Positions 37,768 to 47,446 of a stretch of 64,000 nt of DNA are shown in pieces (position 1 is the stretch's first letter; each line of letters starts with the position of its first letter). The translations under genes were made by a program, and so were the position numbers. Source of the stretch: a virus (taxonomy: Duplodnaviria > Caudoviricetes); IMG/VR virus record IMGVR_UViG_3300021962_000022; one strand, written 5' to 3'. The notes under the pieces were generated by a model, which saw only the letters and a list, made by a program, of their open reading frames with translations, made no database searches and was not told where the DNA came from.

Positions 37768-37858
37768 GTGTATATTGTTTGATTTTTTTGCTCCTTTTAT
37801 AATCAAACAAAGTAGATGTTTGCGGTAGGTCGCGAACTATTATTGGAGCCATCTACAG

Positions 37859-40291
37859 TTACGAGCCACAACCTTCACATTCAAAAGGAGAATCTGTTGG
37901 TCTTGATGGTAACGCCATCTCAACAACTTCCTCTTCTTGTTGTTTATTTTGGTTGTATGAAGTGTTTTGTACTTCGTTGGCTTCAACTGTAGGTTTCGCT
38001 GTTGAGGTATCAATACCTAAACCCTTGATTGGGTCAACAGCCGCTCTAGTTCTGAGATAGTACATCCCAGTTTTCAAACCAAGTTTCCATCCATAAAGAT
38101 GTGCTGCTAAAACTTTGGTTTTGTTCGCGTTGTCAATAAATAAATTTAATGATTGTGATTGGTCAATATAAATCGACCTATTCGCAGCCATGGTCAAAAT
38201 TCTTTTTTGAGACATTTCCCAAACTGTCTTGTATACCTCTTTTACTTCAACAGGTATTTCGGGAATGTTCTGTACGGAACCATTTTCCATGATTAGTTTT
38301 TTCTTCAAATCATCTGACCATAAACCTCTTTCAAGTAATTCATTTACGAGGTGTTTATTGATAACAATAAATTCACCACCTAAAGTTCTTCTTGAATATA
38401 AATTAGATGTAAACGGTTCAAACGCTTCGTTATTACCAAGGATTTGTGCAGTAGACGCTGTTGGCATCGGAGCAACTAACAAAGAATTTCTTACACCGTG
38501 TTTTACGATTTCTTTTCTTAAAGTCTTCCAATCCCATCTTCCGCTTGTGTCTTTATCGGTTTTACCCCACAATTCATATTGAAGTATACCTTTAGATAAT
38601 GGAGAACCTTCAAATGTTGAATAATGACCGTGTTCAATTGCCAAATCTTTAGACGATGTTAATGCCGCAAAATAAATTGTTTCAAAAATTTCAACTTGTA
38701 GTTTGTCGGCATTTTCACTTTCAAAAGGTAATCTTAACACACAAAAAACATCTGCCAATCCTTGTACACCTAAACCAACTGGTCTGTGTTTCATATTTGA
38801 AAGTTTTGTTTCCTCTGTAGGATAAAAATTCAAATCAATAACGTTGTTTAGGTTTTTTACCACTTGGTACACATATTCATAAAGTAATTCGTGGTTGAAT
38901 TCTTTATTAATAATGTATTTTGGTAATGCAATTGATGCTAAATTACAAACCGCCTGTTCTTCAGGACTTGAATACTCGATAATCTCAGTACACAAATTTG
39001 AGGATTTAATCGTGCCCAAGTTTTTTTGATTTGATTTATAATTTGCAGCGTCTTTATATAACATGTAAGGTGTGCCGGTCTCGATTTGTGCGGTCAAAAT
39101 TGCATCCATCAATTTTCTCGCCTTCACAACTTTTCTGGCTCTACCTTCTTTTTCATATCTTTCATAAAGTTCGGTGAATTCTTGCGTAAATGAAAATGGG
39201 TCATCATATGCATCAGATAAACCCGGTGCTTCATCAGGTGAAAATAATGACCAATCACCATCTTCCTCAACTCTCTTCATGAAAAGATTTGGGGTCCACA
39301 TTGCCAAGAATAAATCACGAGCTCTCATTTCTTCTTTACCGTGGTTTTTTCTTAAATCAATAAACTCAAACACATCTGAATGCCATGGTTCAAGATAGAT
39401 AGCAAAAGAACCTTTTCTTTTACCACCTTGATTAATCCAACGAGCAACTTCGTTGTATGTTTTCATCATTGGTAGTAATCCATCCGATTCACCGCCTGTC
39501 CCTTTAATGTACGACCCTTTACCTCTAACGTCGTGAACATGTAGTCCAATACCACCAGCCCATTTAGAAATCTTTGCAACGTCTTTAATGGTGTCAAATA
39601 GACCATCAATATCATCTCCCTTGTTACCAATTAAGAAACAAGATGACATTTGTGGACGACGAGTTCCCGCATTAAATAATGTTGGTGTGGCATGAGTGTA
39701 AAAATGTTGTGATAGGTCGTCGTAGATTCTTAAAGCAGTCTCTAAATCACCATTACAAATACCAACCGCAACTCTCATGTACATGTATTGGGGTCTCTCA
39801 ACAATTCGTTTACCGATTCTTAATAAGTAAGAACGTTCAAGTGTTTTAAAACCAAAGTAATCAAAATCAAAATCTCTTTCTTGTGCAACAGCACCATCCA
39901 ATGATTCTCTATTTTGAATTACGAATTGATAAACCTCGTCAGATATCAATGAAGATTCTTTACCTGTTTTAGGTTCATTAAAAGAATATAATTCTTTAAT
40001 ACACTGTGAAAACTTTTTTGGTGTTGTTTTATGTAGGTTAGAAACCGCTAGTCTACCCGCCAATTTAGCATAATCAGAATGTGTTGTAACCATTGAAGCC
40101 GCGGTCTCCGCCGCTAATGTGTCTAATTCTGTTGTTGATATACCATCATAGATTCCCTGCGTAACTTTAAGGGTAACCAATGTAGGGTCAACGTATTCTA
40201 AATTTAAATCATCACAAAAAAATTGTATTCTTCGTGTAATTTTGTCATATCTCATTTCTTCCAATGAGCCGTCTCTCTTTTTTACTTTCAT
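37859..40291 (-). CDS. nrdA: Ribonucleoside-diphosphate reductase class Ia alpha subunit (N-terminal ATP cone)
   Basis: KRDG ATP cone, TPTLFNAG, SSCFL, SNLCTEI, CNLAS, APMPTASTAQILG, C-terminal CEGC. Confidence 0.98.
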   Translation of the reverse strand: MKVKKRDGSLEEMRYDKITRRIQFFCDDLNLEYVDPTLVTLKVTQGIYDGISTTELDTLAAETAASMVTTHSDYAKLAGRLAVSNLHKTTPKKFSQCIKELYSFNEPKTGKESSLISDEVYQFVIQNRESLDGAVAQERDFDFDYFGFKTLERSYLLRIGKRIVERPQYMYMRVAVGICNGDLETALRIYDDLSQHFYTHATPTLFNAGTRRPQMSSCFLIGNKGDDIDGLFDTIKDVAKISKWAGGIGLHVHDVRGKGSYIKGTGGESDGLLPMMKTYNEVARWINQGGKRKGSFAIYLEPWHSDVFEFIDLRKNHGKEEMRARDLFLAMWTPNLFMKRVEEDGDWSLFSPDEAPGLSDAYDDPFSFTQEFTELYERYEKEGRARKVVKARKLMDAILTAQIETGTPYMLYKDAANYKSNQKNLGTIKSSNLCTEIIEYSSPEEQAVCNLASIALPKYIINKEFNHELLYEYVYQVVKNLNNVIDLNFYPTEETKLSNMKHRPVGLGVQGLADVFCVLRLPFESENADKLQVEIFETIYFAALTSSKDLAIEHGHYSTFEGSPLSKGILQYELWGKTDKDTSGRWDWKTLRKEIVKHGVRNSLLVAPMPTASTAQILGNNEAFEPFTSNLYSRRTLGGEFIVINKHLVNELLERGLWSDDLKKKLIMENGSVQNIPEIPVEVKEVYKTVWEMSQKRILTMAANRSIYIDQSQSLNLFIDNANKTKVLAAHLYGWKLGLKTGMYYLRTRAAVDPIKGLGIDTSTAKPTVEANEVQNTSYNQNKQQEEEVVEMALPSRPTDSPFECEGCGS

Positions 40292-40297
40292 AATATT

Positions 40298-41275
40298 TTA
40301 AAAATCTATATCGTCAAATGATGTATCCATATCTTCGATGGATACGTTATTATTAACACCCGCTTTTTGGTATTCTGCCACTCTTTTTTCAAAGAAATTG
40401 GTTTTACCCTGTAATGCAATGTTTTGCATAAAGTCAAACGGATTTTCTGAATTATAGACCTTAGAACAATTTAAAGACACTAACAATCTATCTGTTACGA
40501 ATTCCAAATATTGTGACATCAAATCAGAATTCATACCAATTAATTTTACAGGTAGGGCCTCTAAAATAAATTCCTTTTCAATCTCTAAAGCCCCACAGAT
40601 TATCTCTTTAATCTTTTTCTCACTTATTTTATTTTCAATGTGATTATTGAATAAGTGACAAGCAAAGTCACAGTGCATTCCTTCGTCTCTTGAAATGAGC
40701 TCATTTGAGAAGGTTAATCCTGGCATTAAACCACGTTTTTTGAGCCAGAAAATGGAACAGAATGAGCCAGAAAAGAAAATACCCTCAACAGCAGCAAACG
40801 CCAACAACCTTTCCACAAAAGATTTTGAATTAATCCATTTGATTGCCCATTCCGCTTTTTTCTTAATTGCAGGTACGGTTTCAATTGCATTAAACAATTT
40901 GTTTTGTTCTTGTTTGTCTTTGATGTAGGTATCAATCAAAAGTGAATAGGTTTCACTATGAATATTTTCCATCATGATTTGAAAACCGTAAAACATTTTC
41001 ACCTCAGTGTACTGAACTTCATTGACAAAGTTCATTGCCAAGTTTTCATTCACAATACCGTCTGAAGCTGCGAAAAACGCTAAAACGTGTTTAACGAAAT
41101 GTTGTTCATCCTCGTTCAATTTGTTTTCCCAATCATAGATGTCTTGTGCCAAATCAATTTCTTCGGCGGTCCAAAAACACGCCTCTTGTTGTTTGTAAAG
41201 TCTCCAAATGTCGTGGTGTTCGATTGGAAAAAGGACAAATCGTCCGGGATTTTCTTTTAAAATCTTTTCTGTCAT
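40298..41275 (-). CDS. nrdB: Ribonucleoside-diphosphate reductase class Ia beta subunit
   Basis: [61 protein letters not shown]. Confidence 0.98.
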   Translation of the reverse strand: MTEKILKENPGRFVLFPIEHHDIWRLYKQQEACFWTAEEIDLAQDIYDWENKLNEDEQHFVKHVLAFFAASDGIVNENLAMNFVNEVQYTEVKMFYGFQIMMENIHSETYSLLIDTYIKDKQEQNKLFNAIETVPAIKKKAEWAIKWINSKSFVERLLAFAAVEGIFFSGSFCSIFWLKKRGLMPGLTFSNELISRDEGMHCDFACHLFNNHIENKISEKKIKEIICGALEIEKEFILEALPVKLIGMNSDLMSQYLEFVTDRLLVSLNCSKVYNSENPFDFMQNIALQGKTNFFEKRVAEYQKAGVNNNVSIEDMDTSFDDIDF

Positions 41276-41286
41276 GGTGTTTATTA

Positions 41287-42663
41287 TTAATTTCTATTTA
41301 ATGTTTCTTGTCTTTTCATAAACGCATCCTTAATTCTTTCGGAATTGTTTTTTTGTTTTTCTTCCTTGTGACCAAGTAGTGTAGTTTGTGACTCGGTATC
41401 AATAACCAAAAGTCGGTTGTCAAATTTACAATTTTGCCATATGATACCATCTCTACCAATTCTTGATTTAAGTAATGTCATGGTTGCTAAATTGTGTTCT
41501 TTTTGTTCAATAGTTTTACCTATTGATAGAATAACGTGTGCAATTTGAGCTTTCTTAATTGAACCACCCATTTGGTCGCTATTAACAACTTCGGATGAAA
41601 TTGATTCTCTGTTACCTTGTGTTGCCGTCCAAATAACGATTCCAAATTCACTTGTCATCGCTTCTAAACTTCTCATTACTGAACCTTCACCTTTCCATTC
41701 TTCACCGAATTGTGATTTGTCAGGACTGATACAGTCAACGTAGTCGATAACAAGTAGGTCAATTTTTTTACCCTCTGAATTTCTTTTTCTTAATCTCGAT
41801 TTGATTTCAGAGATTGTAACAGAATCACTTGGTAATTTCAAAATGTCCAAAGTTCCTTTACTTTGTGTTTGAACTTCGTTGATTTTTTCTTTTACGAAAT
41901 CTTTATTTTCAGGTTGTTCATCGGGGGCAATTCCTGACCAAATTGTATAGTGTTTCTTTTTAATGTTATCCGGATTGTCCTCAAAGAATATTTGAAGGAC
42001 GTTGTAATCGTGTAAGTAAGCGGTATTCGCAAATAAAGATAATATTGTAGTTTTACCCGTTCCTGTTGGAGCCAAAACAACACCAAGTTCTCCAGTCCCT
42101 AAACCACCCTTCAAAGCTGAATCAAGACCTTCAATTCCCGTTGGAATCGGTTGTCTATTATCCTTCTCTAAAGCCTCATCGATATTGTGGAAAACATCCA
42201 TACACTCTTCAGGTGGTAACCCAACCTGTAGGGCCTTTTGTATAATACCCTCAATTTTATGGTACTCTTGGAATTTACCATTTTCAATAATGGTAGTAAC
42301 CATTTTGAGTTCCTTCTTCAAATTTTGTTGTTTACAAAAATTTAAAGCTTCTTCTCTAACCATTGGGTCATCCACGGTATTTTCTTTAATATCGTGGATA
42401 GTGTCCAAGTGTATTCTTGCGGTCTCTTGAGAACCTAATTCAAGAATTATGGTTTGACATAGACTTTGATAATCAGGTATCTTACCATATTTCTGATAGT
42501 ATTCTTTAATGTGAGCAGTAATGAATCTAAAAGAACTATTATCAAAATATTTGCTCTCGATTACATCAATAATCTGTTCACCGTACTTTTTATCCTCTAC
42601 TATTGATTTAATTAATGTTTGTTGGAATGATGCTCCGAGAAATCCAAAATTTTTTTCTGACAT
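41287..42663 (-). CDS. DnaB-like replicative helicase (T4 gp41-like)
   Basis: Walker A APTGTGKT, Walker [24 protein letters not shown] arginine finger. Confidence 0.92.
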   Translation of the reverse strand: MSEKNFGFLGASFQQTLIKSIVEDKKYGEQIIDVIESKYFDNSSFRFITAHIKEYYQKYGKIPDYQSLCQTIILELGSQETARIHLDTIHDIKENTVDDPMVREEALNFCKQQNLKKELKMVTTIIENGKFQEYHKIEGIIQKALQVGLPPEECMDVFHNIDEALEKDNRQPIPTGIEGLDSALKGGLGTGELGVVLAPTGTGKTTILSLFANTAYLHDYNVLQIFFEDNPDNIKKKHYTIWSGIAPDEQPENKDFVKEKINEVQTQSKGTLDILKLPSDSVTISEIKSRLRKRNSEGKKIDLLVIDYVDCISPDKSQFGEEWKGEGSVMRSLEAMTSEFGIVIWTATQGNRESISSEVVNSDQMGGSIKKAQIAHVILSIGKTIEQKEHNLATMTLLKSRIGRDGIIWQNCKFDNRLLVIDTESQTTLLGHKEEKQKNNSERIKDAFMKRQETLNRN

Positions 42664-42677
42664 AGTTTTTTTAGTTT

Positions 42678-43121
42678 TTATAATTTGTAATTTAAATACG
42701 TTGTTTCCAAATCTTTAGATGATAAGATGTCAGTTAAGTCTGACAAATACCTCTTCAAATATGGGCGAATATCTACCGTATATCTTACCTTAGGGTGGTA
42801 GACATTAGCGGAAAACATCCTTTGAATAAATACATCGTCACCCATCTTAATCTCGAGTAAGAAATACTCTTTTTCATTTTGTTCATCAGTTTCTGCAACC
42901 TCTAAACCGTAAAAATAATCACGATTTTCGTGTAGATAATCCAATGTTTTTGTTTTTAAATCATCACTAATATCGCTACAAATATTTTTAACGTAGTAGT
43001 GTAAATCCATTGAACGTCTAGATTTGGAGTTATGCTCTCTAACGTTAAAGAATCGTTGGCAGATAATGTTTCCTTCTAAGGTCAAAAGGAACTCGAACTT
43101 TGTTACATCTTGATTACTCAT
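42678..43121 (-). CDS. 147-aa hypothetical protein in the replication module
   Basis: ORF track; overlaps the exonuclease stop; fits the operon. Confidence 0.8.
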   Translation of the reverse strand: MSNQDVTKFEFLLTLEGNIICQRFFNVREHNSKSRRSMDLHYYVKNICSDISDDLKTKTLDYLHENRDYFYGLEVAETDEQNEKEYFLLEIKMGDDVFIQRMFSANVYHPKVRYTVDIRPYLKRYLSDLTDILSSKDLETTYLNYKL

Positions 43122-44136
43122 TGTCTCTAATTTTAATTAATTTTTTATTTTTTTCTTTTCTTGTTAATCTTAAAAAAGGATTTAGGAAGTTTATCCACGC
43201 GTCATCTGATTTTGGTAGAAGTAAGAATATACCATCTTCCATCATCATCTTCATCGTGTTTTTATATGAACGACCCTCAGGGTCAATCAAATCGTTTATA
43301 AGTGAATTAATAGATTCTTTTGCATCATCTGTTAAAAAGGGATTTTCAAGACTTACTATTCGACTATTCACATCAAAGAATTCTTCACCAAGTATTCCAT
43401 ATTTTGTTACACCTGTCAATAAATTTTTAACAATGTTATTGTCATTGTCTTGTTCAAAAAGATTGTTGAATCTTTCCAATACAAATTCTATAGAAATTTC
43501 CTCGGTTTTAACTTCAGGTACCATTGAGACTAATCGTCTAACACCTAAGTTTTTAATACCCGCAATATTATCAGACGGGTCACCACAAATCATTTTGACA
43601 ATTTTAATGTTTTGTATTAAAATCTGTTCATGGTCATATACGAACATATCATTAGGTTGATATATTTTACTGTGTGAGGGATTGTATAATCGAGTGTTTT
43701 CTGATACTAATTGTGTTAAATCACCATCCGAAGAAAAGATAATTTTATCTTCTTTTGGTGAATTTTGACTGTAGTATGCAATTGCGTCGTCAGTCTCACA
43801 AAATTCGTATTCTCCTTGTCTAACAAAAAGTTCTTCGAGATATTGTTTGACTCTGTTTCTCTGTTTTCCATACGAATGAATCTCTTCTTCACTGCGTATT
43901 CTAGATTTACGATTCTCTTTGTATTGATGATAGAATCTTTTTCTTGTTAAAGAACCATCTTGACCGTCCCAAAAAACGACAATTTTATCTAAACGATGTA
44001 TCTCAATTGTCCTTCTTAAAGTATTGATAAAATGGTAAATTCCACCAATATGTTCTCCCTTATAAAAGTGATTTTTTAATCCAAAAAAACCAATAGTAAG
44101 TAAATTGTCTCCATCTACTAATAATACATTAGGCAT
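43114..44136 (-). CDS. 5'-3' exonuclease / RNase H (FEN-like, PolI N-terminal or T4 Rnh type)
   Basis: LLVDGDNL, FWDG, ETDDAIA, SSDGDLTQL, GDPSDNIAGIKNLG (H3TH motif). Confidence 0.93.
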   Translation of the reverse strand: MPNVLLVDGDNLLTIGFFGLKNHFYKGEHIGGIYHFINTLRRTIEIHRLDKIVVFWDGQDGSLTRKRFYHQYKENRKSRIRSEEEIHSYGKQRNRVKQYLEELFVRQGEYEFCETDDAIAYYSQNSPKEDKIIFSSDGDLTQLVSENTRLYNPSHSKIYQPNDMFVYDHEQILIQNIKIVKMICGDPSDNIAGIKNLGVRRLVSMVPEVKTEEISIEFVLERFNNLFEQDNDNNIVKNLLTGVTKYGILGEEFFDVNSRIVSLENPFLTDDAKESINSLINDLIDPEGRSYKNTMKMMMEDGIFLLLPKSDDAWINFLNPFLRLTRKEKNKKLIKIRDNE

Positions 44137-44167
44137 TAATCATCACTCTTATAGGGTTAAACAAATA

Positions 44168-45166
44168 TTAATCTTCTTCTTCGTAATCAAAAGTTGTTGA
44201 TTCGGCTAAATCAAAATCCGTAGACCCTAATTTATCTCTCCAAAAACTTGAGTATTCTTTTTTGTATCCTTCCAACGCCTCTTTGGTGTCAGCGATATAT
44301 CCATTGTGAACAACGATAACTTTACCGTCTTTGTATCCTAAACCATTGACGTGATTCTTGAGGATAGAGATTTTAGTTCTTACAGCGTAAACAACTTTTC
44401 TACCATCTTTAGTTGCATCAATGTGGTTGATACCTGATTTCTTTTGGTTACCGAACAAAAAGATTAATGACGACGCCAATTTTAACGCTTCACCACCTTT
44501 TGGTTTGATTTCAGGTTGACCCATAGGATTATCGGGTAATTCTACCCATGGTTGGTTTACAACAACCATTGTTAGGTAATATGATGAATCTTTAGATGGG
44601 TAGTCTTCTTTTTTGGATTTGGTAATTCTTGAGTGAATACCCATACCAATTTTGTCAGATAAAACACTTGCGTTGTGTTGTTTACCACCTTTACCATCAA
44701 AGGTCATCTTACATGGTATTGAACCGATAGAGTCCCAACAGAACAAAATGTGTCTTGGGATTTCACCTTTCTCATGTGCGTTGATAATATCGTTTATGAA
44801 ATCGGTTGCTTGTTCAATATAGTCAAAGGAATCATTGAAGATAAAATCTCCCGTCCATTCACCATTTGAATCTTTTTCAGCTTGAAATCCTAATTCAATT
44901 GCGTGTTCCCATTTCCATTTTCTCTCCGTAATAAGTAGTACAGGTAGATGCCCTTTCTTTTGTGCATCAACCGCCGCTAAAATCATTGCGGTAGTTTTTG
45001 AAGAGTTAGTATGTCCTAAAAACATATTAATCCCACCCATTACAGGTCCGGGTAATCCACACGCATTGTTAAATGCCTCACCACAATAATAGAAGTTTTC
45101 GTCCTTGTATTTTGTTTTAGATGAGAATTTGGATATATAATCAAATTCTTTTTTCTTGATTGCCAT
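44168..45166 (-). CDS. RecA/UvsX-like recombinase
   Basis: P-loop-like GHTNSSKTT, ILFCWDSIGS Walker B, VVVNQ, KPKGGEAL; adjacent to SSB. Confidence 0.85.
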   Translation of the reverse strand: MAIKKKEFDYISKFSSKTKYKDENFYYCGEAFNNACGLPGPVMGGINMFLGHTNSSKTTAMILAAVDAQKKGHLPVLLITERKWKWEHAIELGFQAEKDSNGEWTGDFIFNDSFDYIEQATDFINDIINAHEKGEIPRHILFCWDSIGSIPCKMTFDGKGGKQHNASVLSDKIGMGIHSRITKSKKEDYPSKDSSYYLTMVVVNQPWVELPDNPMGQPEIKPKGGEALKLASSLIFLFGNQKKSGINHIDATKDGRKVVYAVRTKISILKNHVNGLGYKDGKVIVVHNGYIADTKEALEGYKKEYSSFWRDKLGSTDFDLAESTTFDYEEED

Positions 45167-45188
45167 TGTATATTTTATAATTTTTTTG

Positions 45189-45232
45189 AAAAAAAGAGCA
45201 TGGACATCATGTTAATTCACGTGTCCATGCTC
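45189..45232 (-). terminator. Rho-independent terminator after the SSB gene
   Basis: 11-bp stem GAGCATGGACA/TGTCCATGCTC followed by U7. Confidence 0.85.
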
Positions 45233-45239
45233 GTATTGA

Positions 45240-46097
45240 TTAAAATGGTAAATCGTCGTCTCCTTCAGCGTCTTCTTGTGGGTCAAACTCAGGAGCTGGT
45301 GATTTCTTAACGGGTGTTGATGGTTTCGCAATCTCAAACTCTTCTGTAGAATTTGATACGTATTTACCAGTTGTAGTATCCCATCTTGGAACTTCACCTC
45401 TTGCAACCATTTCCAAATATTCTTCAGGTTTTTTAGAATATACATCAGACCAAGTCAATTCATCTTTTAACCAAGTTGACGCAACATCTGAATCTGTGTG
45501 TAATGGAGATTGGTCTTCAGGGATGATAGATGTGATTGTAGTATATTCTCTACCATTACCAGCTTTGGTAAGGTTAAGGTTGATGATTAAATCTCTACCT
45601 TTTTGTGGGTCGGTGATATCACCTTTGTTTTTGAAAAGAGGGTAGATTTTATCCAACACACCTTCATTTTTGGTGTTGTGTTTAAATCTCCAAAATTTAA
45701 CTCCATCTTGTTCTCTTTCTCGGTCGATAACTTTCACAATGTAAAATTTACGTGAACGATACTGACGAGCCAAAACCTTGTCTTGTTCATCACCCGTCAT
45801 AATCAAACCTTCATAAACCTCATTTAAAGGTGAACGTTTTCCGTCTTTGCTCGGGTCGTAAAGTTTTACCCAATTACCATCTATTTGTACTTCATGGAAG
45901 TAAGCTTCTTTAAATGGTGAACCACCATCGTCAGATGGAAGGATTCTAATTCTTCTTTCACCACTTCTCTCACCCTTAGGTAAAACGGTGGTAAAATACT
46001 TTTTCATTCTATCCTCTTGGGATACCTTGTTTGCACTGCCGCCTGCGGCTTGTTTGTTCTTTTCGTACTGTGCCAGTACTGATTCTACTGTTGACAT
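45240..46097 (-). CDS. Single-stranded DNA-binding protein (T4 gp32-like)
   Basis: RIRILP, FHEV, FYIVKVIDR, DITDPQKGRDLII; acidic C-terminal tail ending DDDLPF. Confidence 0.88.
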   Translation of the reverse strand: MSTVESVLAQYEKNKQAAGGSANKVSQEDRMKKYFTTVLPKGERSGERRIRILPSDDGGSPFKEAYFHEVQIDGNWVKLYDPSKDGKRSPLNEVYEGLIMTGDEQDKVLARQYRSRKFYIVKVIDREREQDGVKFWRFKHNTKNEGVLDKIYPLFKNKGDITDPQKGRDLIINLNLTKAGNGREYTTITSIIPEDQSPLHTDSDVASTWLKDELTWSDVYSKKPEEYLEMVARGEVPRWDTTTGKYVSNSTEEFEIAKPSTPVKKSPAPEFDPQEDAEGDDDLPF

Positions 46098-46137
46098 ATT
46101 ATTTGTTTTTAAATGTTAGAAATGTATTTCTATGTAA

Positions 46138-46165
46138 AGTATAGACAAAAAAAGTCAGATTACAA
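46138..46165 (-). promoter_or_regulatory. Sigma70-like promoter TTGTAA-N16-TATACT upstream of SSB
   Basis: -35 overlaps the loop of the upstream terminator; 40 nt before the ATG. Confidence 0.5.
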
Positions 46166-46185
46166 AATCTGACTCTCTTTTTTTT
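46147..46185 (-). terminator. Rho-independent (possibly bidirectional) terminator after the Dps-like gene
   Basis: 9-bp stem AGTCAGATT/AATCTGACT, 4-nt loop, A-tract left and T-tract right. Confidence 0.8.
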
Positions 46186-46204
46186 AAAAAATGTTTTTAG
46201 GGGG

Positions 46205-46579
46205 TTACTCTAAAGTTAGAAGATACAATAATTTATTCAATAAACCAAGTATCTCGTCTCTTAAATTTAATAAGTCGGTATCAACCCTGTCGTCCAAGTC
46301 TTCAGAAAACTCTATTAAGGCTTCAGTACAAACTTTAATCATATCGGAAGGATTTACATCCGAAAGATTAACCATTTCAATTTTTTTGGTTTCCTCGTCT
46401 AATACGAATCTACCATATTTACCCATTGATATTTCAACAAACTCATCAATAAGACCTGTTAAATCATCATAGGTTTTACCAAAAGCTTCGTGTCTAGCAA
46501 TACCTTTTGTTTGCCAATGGTTTATTTTCATTTGTATTTGTAAACCCAATAAAAAGTTTACCTTAGAACTTAAATTCAT
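46205..46579 (-). CDS. Dps/ferritin-like four-helix protein, 124 aa
   Basis: HWQT...HEAFGKTYDDL...IDEFVE...RDEIL...LYLLTL pattern of phage Dps-like proteins. Confidence 0.75.
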   Translation of the reverse strand: MNLSSKVNFLLGLQIQMKINHWQTKGIARHEAFGKTYDDLTGLIDEFVEISMGKYGRFVLDEETKKIEMVNLSDVNPSDMIKVCTEALIEFSEDLDDRVDTDLLNLRDEILGLLNKLLYLLTLE

Positions 46580-47192
46580 CTTCTTCTGTTTCTGGATTAA
46601 ATGTGTCTCTTATTGTATCTCTTGAGTAATCTTCAATATCTTGTTTAGTTAAAACGTACTCGTTTTTACCACTTTGTTGCATTTCACCTTGTTTTTGTGC
46701 AAAGAACTGTTGTGGGTTCATATTAAATGGATATGAGTCTAAAGAACGTAACTCCAATTTCTCTTGTGGGGTTTTTTCTTTCATTGACTCAACTTTGTTT
46801 CCAAGTTCGTCAATTTTATTCATGACTGAGTCCATCTGTGATAACTTTTGTTCCAAATCGTTCAGTTTACTAAAGACTGTCTCCATCTTATCAACAACAG
46901 CGGTGTTGTCAGATTTATTATCATCCAAATCTTTTTTAATTGATTTGGTCATGTTAACTAAATCAGTGATGTCAATTTCTTCAGTATCTGTTGCTGCGGG
47001 TACATCACCCGTTGGTGGTGGAACATCCGCAGGTGGTGGAACATCTGTTGGTGGTACAGCAGGTTCAATTGGCGGTGCATCCATAGGTGGTGGAGGTGGA
47101 ACCTCACCTTGTTCCATCAAAGTTTTTGCATATTTATTAATCGCATTGTATCTTGCGAGTTCTTCCATTAATGATTTTTCTAGTTTTTTCAT
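46563..47192 (-). CDS. 209-aa hypothetical protein (Pro/acidic linker plus coiled coil)
   Basis: ORF track; heptad-rich centre; 17-nt overlap with the downstream gene. Confidence 0.8.
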   Translation of the reverse strand: MKKLEKSLMEELARYNAINKYAKTLMEQGEVPPPPPMDAPPIEPAVPPTDVPPPADVPPPTGDVPAATDTEEIDITDLVNMTKSIKKDLDDNKSDNTAVVDKMETVFSKLNDLEQKLSQMDSVMNKIDELGNKVESMKEKTPQEKLELRSLDSYPFNMNPQQFFAQKQGEMQQSGKNEYVLTKQDIEDYSRDTIRDTFNPETEEDEFKF

Positions 47193-47194
47193 AG

Positions 47195-47401
47195 TTAGTC
47201 TTGTAAAAGTTGTCTACCGTCTTCGGTTATAAATTTTTTGTTTATTCTTTCAACTATACCATCTTTAGACCTGATTACATAACATTCACCAGTTTGAAGG
47301 TCACATTCTTCTCTTTCCATCCCATCATTTGAAACGGACTTAACGTGTTTTGGATTTTCCATATAGTTATCCAATGTTTTATTTAATTTTTCGTTGTTCA
47401 T
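47195..47401 (-). CDS. 68-aa hypothetical protein (ECDLQTGEC motif)
   Basis: ORF track; TATTTATT at 47414-47421 upstream. Confidence 0.75.
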   Translation of the reverse strand: MNNEKLNKTLDNYMENPKHVKSVSNDGMEREECDLQTGECYVIRSKDGIVERINKKFITEDGRQLLQD

Positions 47402-47446
47402 GGTACTTTCTTTAATAAATATCTAAAAAACTTAAAAACTTATATT

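Noticed and set aside
37705-37806. 34-aa N-terminal extension of the gp25-like ORF
   Set aside because: It starts at a non-ATG codon and crosses the nrdA terminator and late-promoter motifs; the family-typical start is MAITYGIDFP at 37704
37859-42663. Introns, inteins or homing endonucleases in nrdA, nrdB or the helicase
   Set aside because: Protein lengths and motif spacing are canonical, with no insertions
45215-45225. Second CACGTG as another parS
   Set aside because: The flanks do not match parS; it lies in the loop and stem of the SSB terminator
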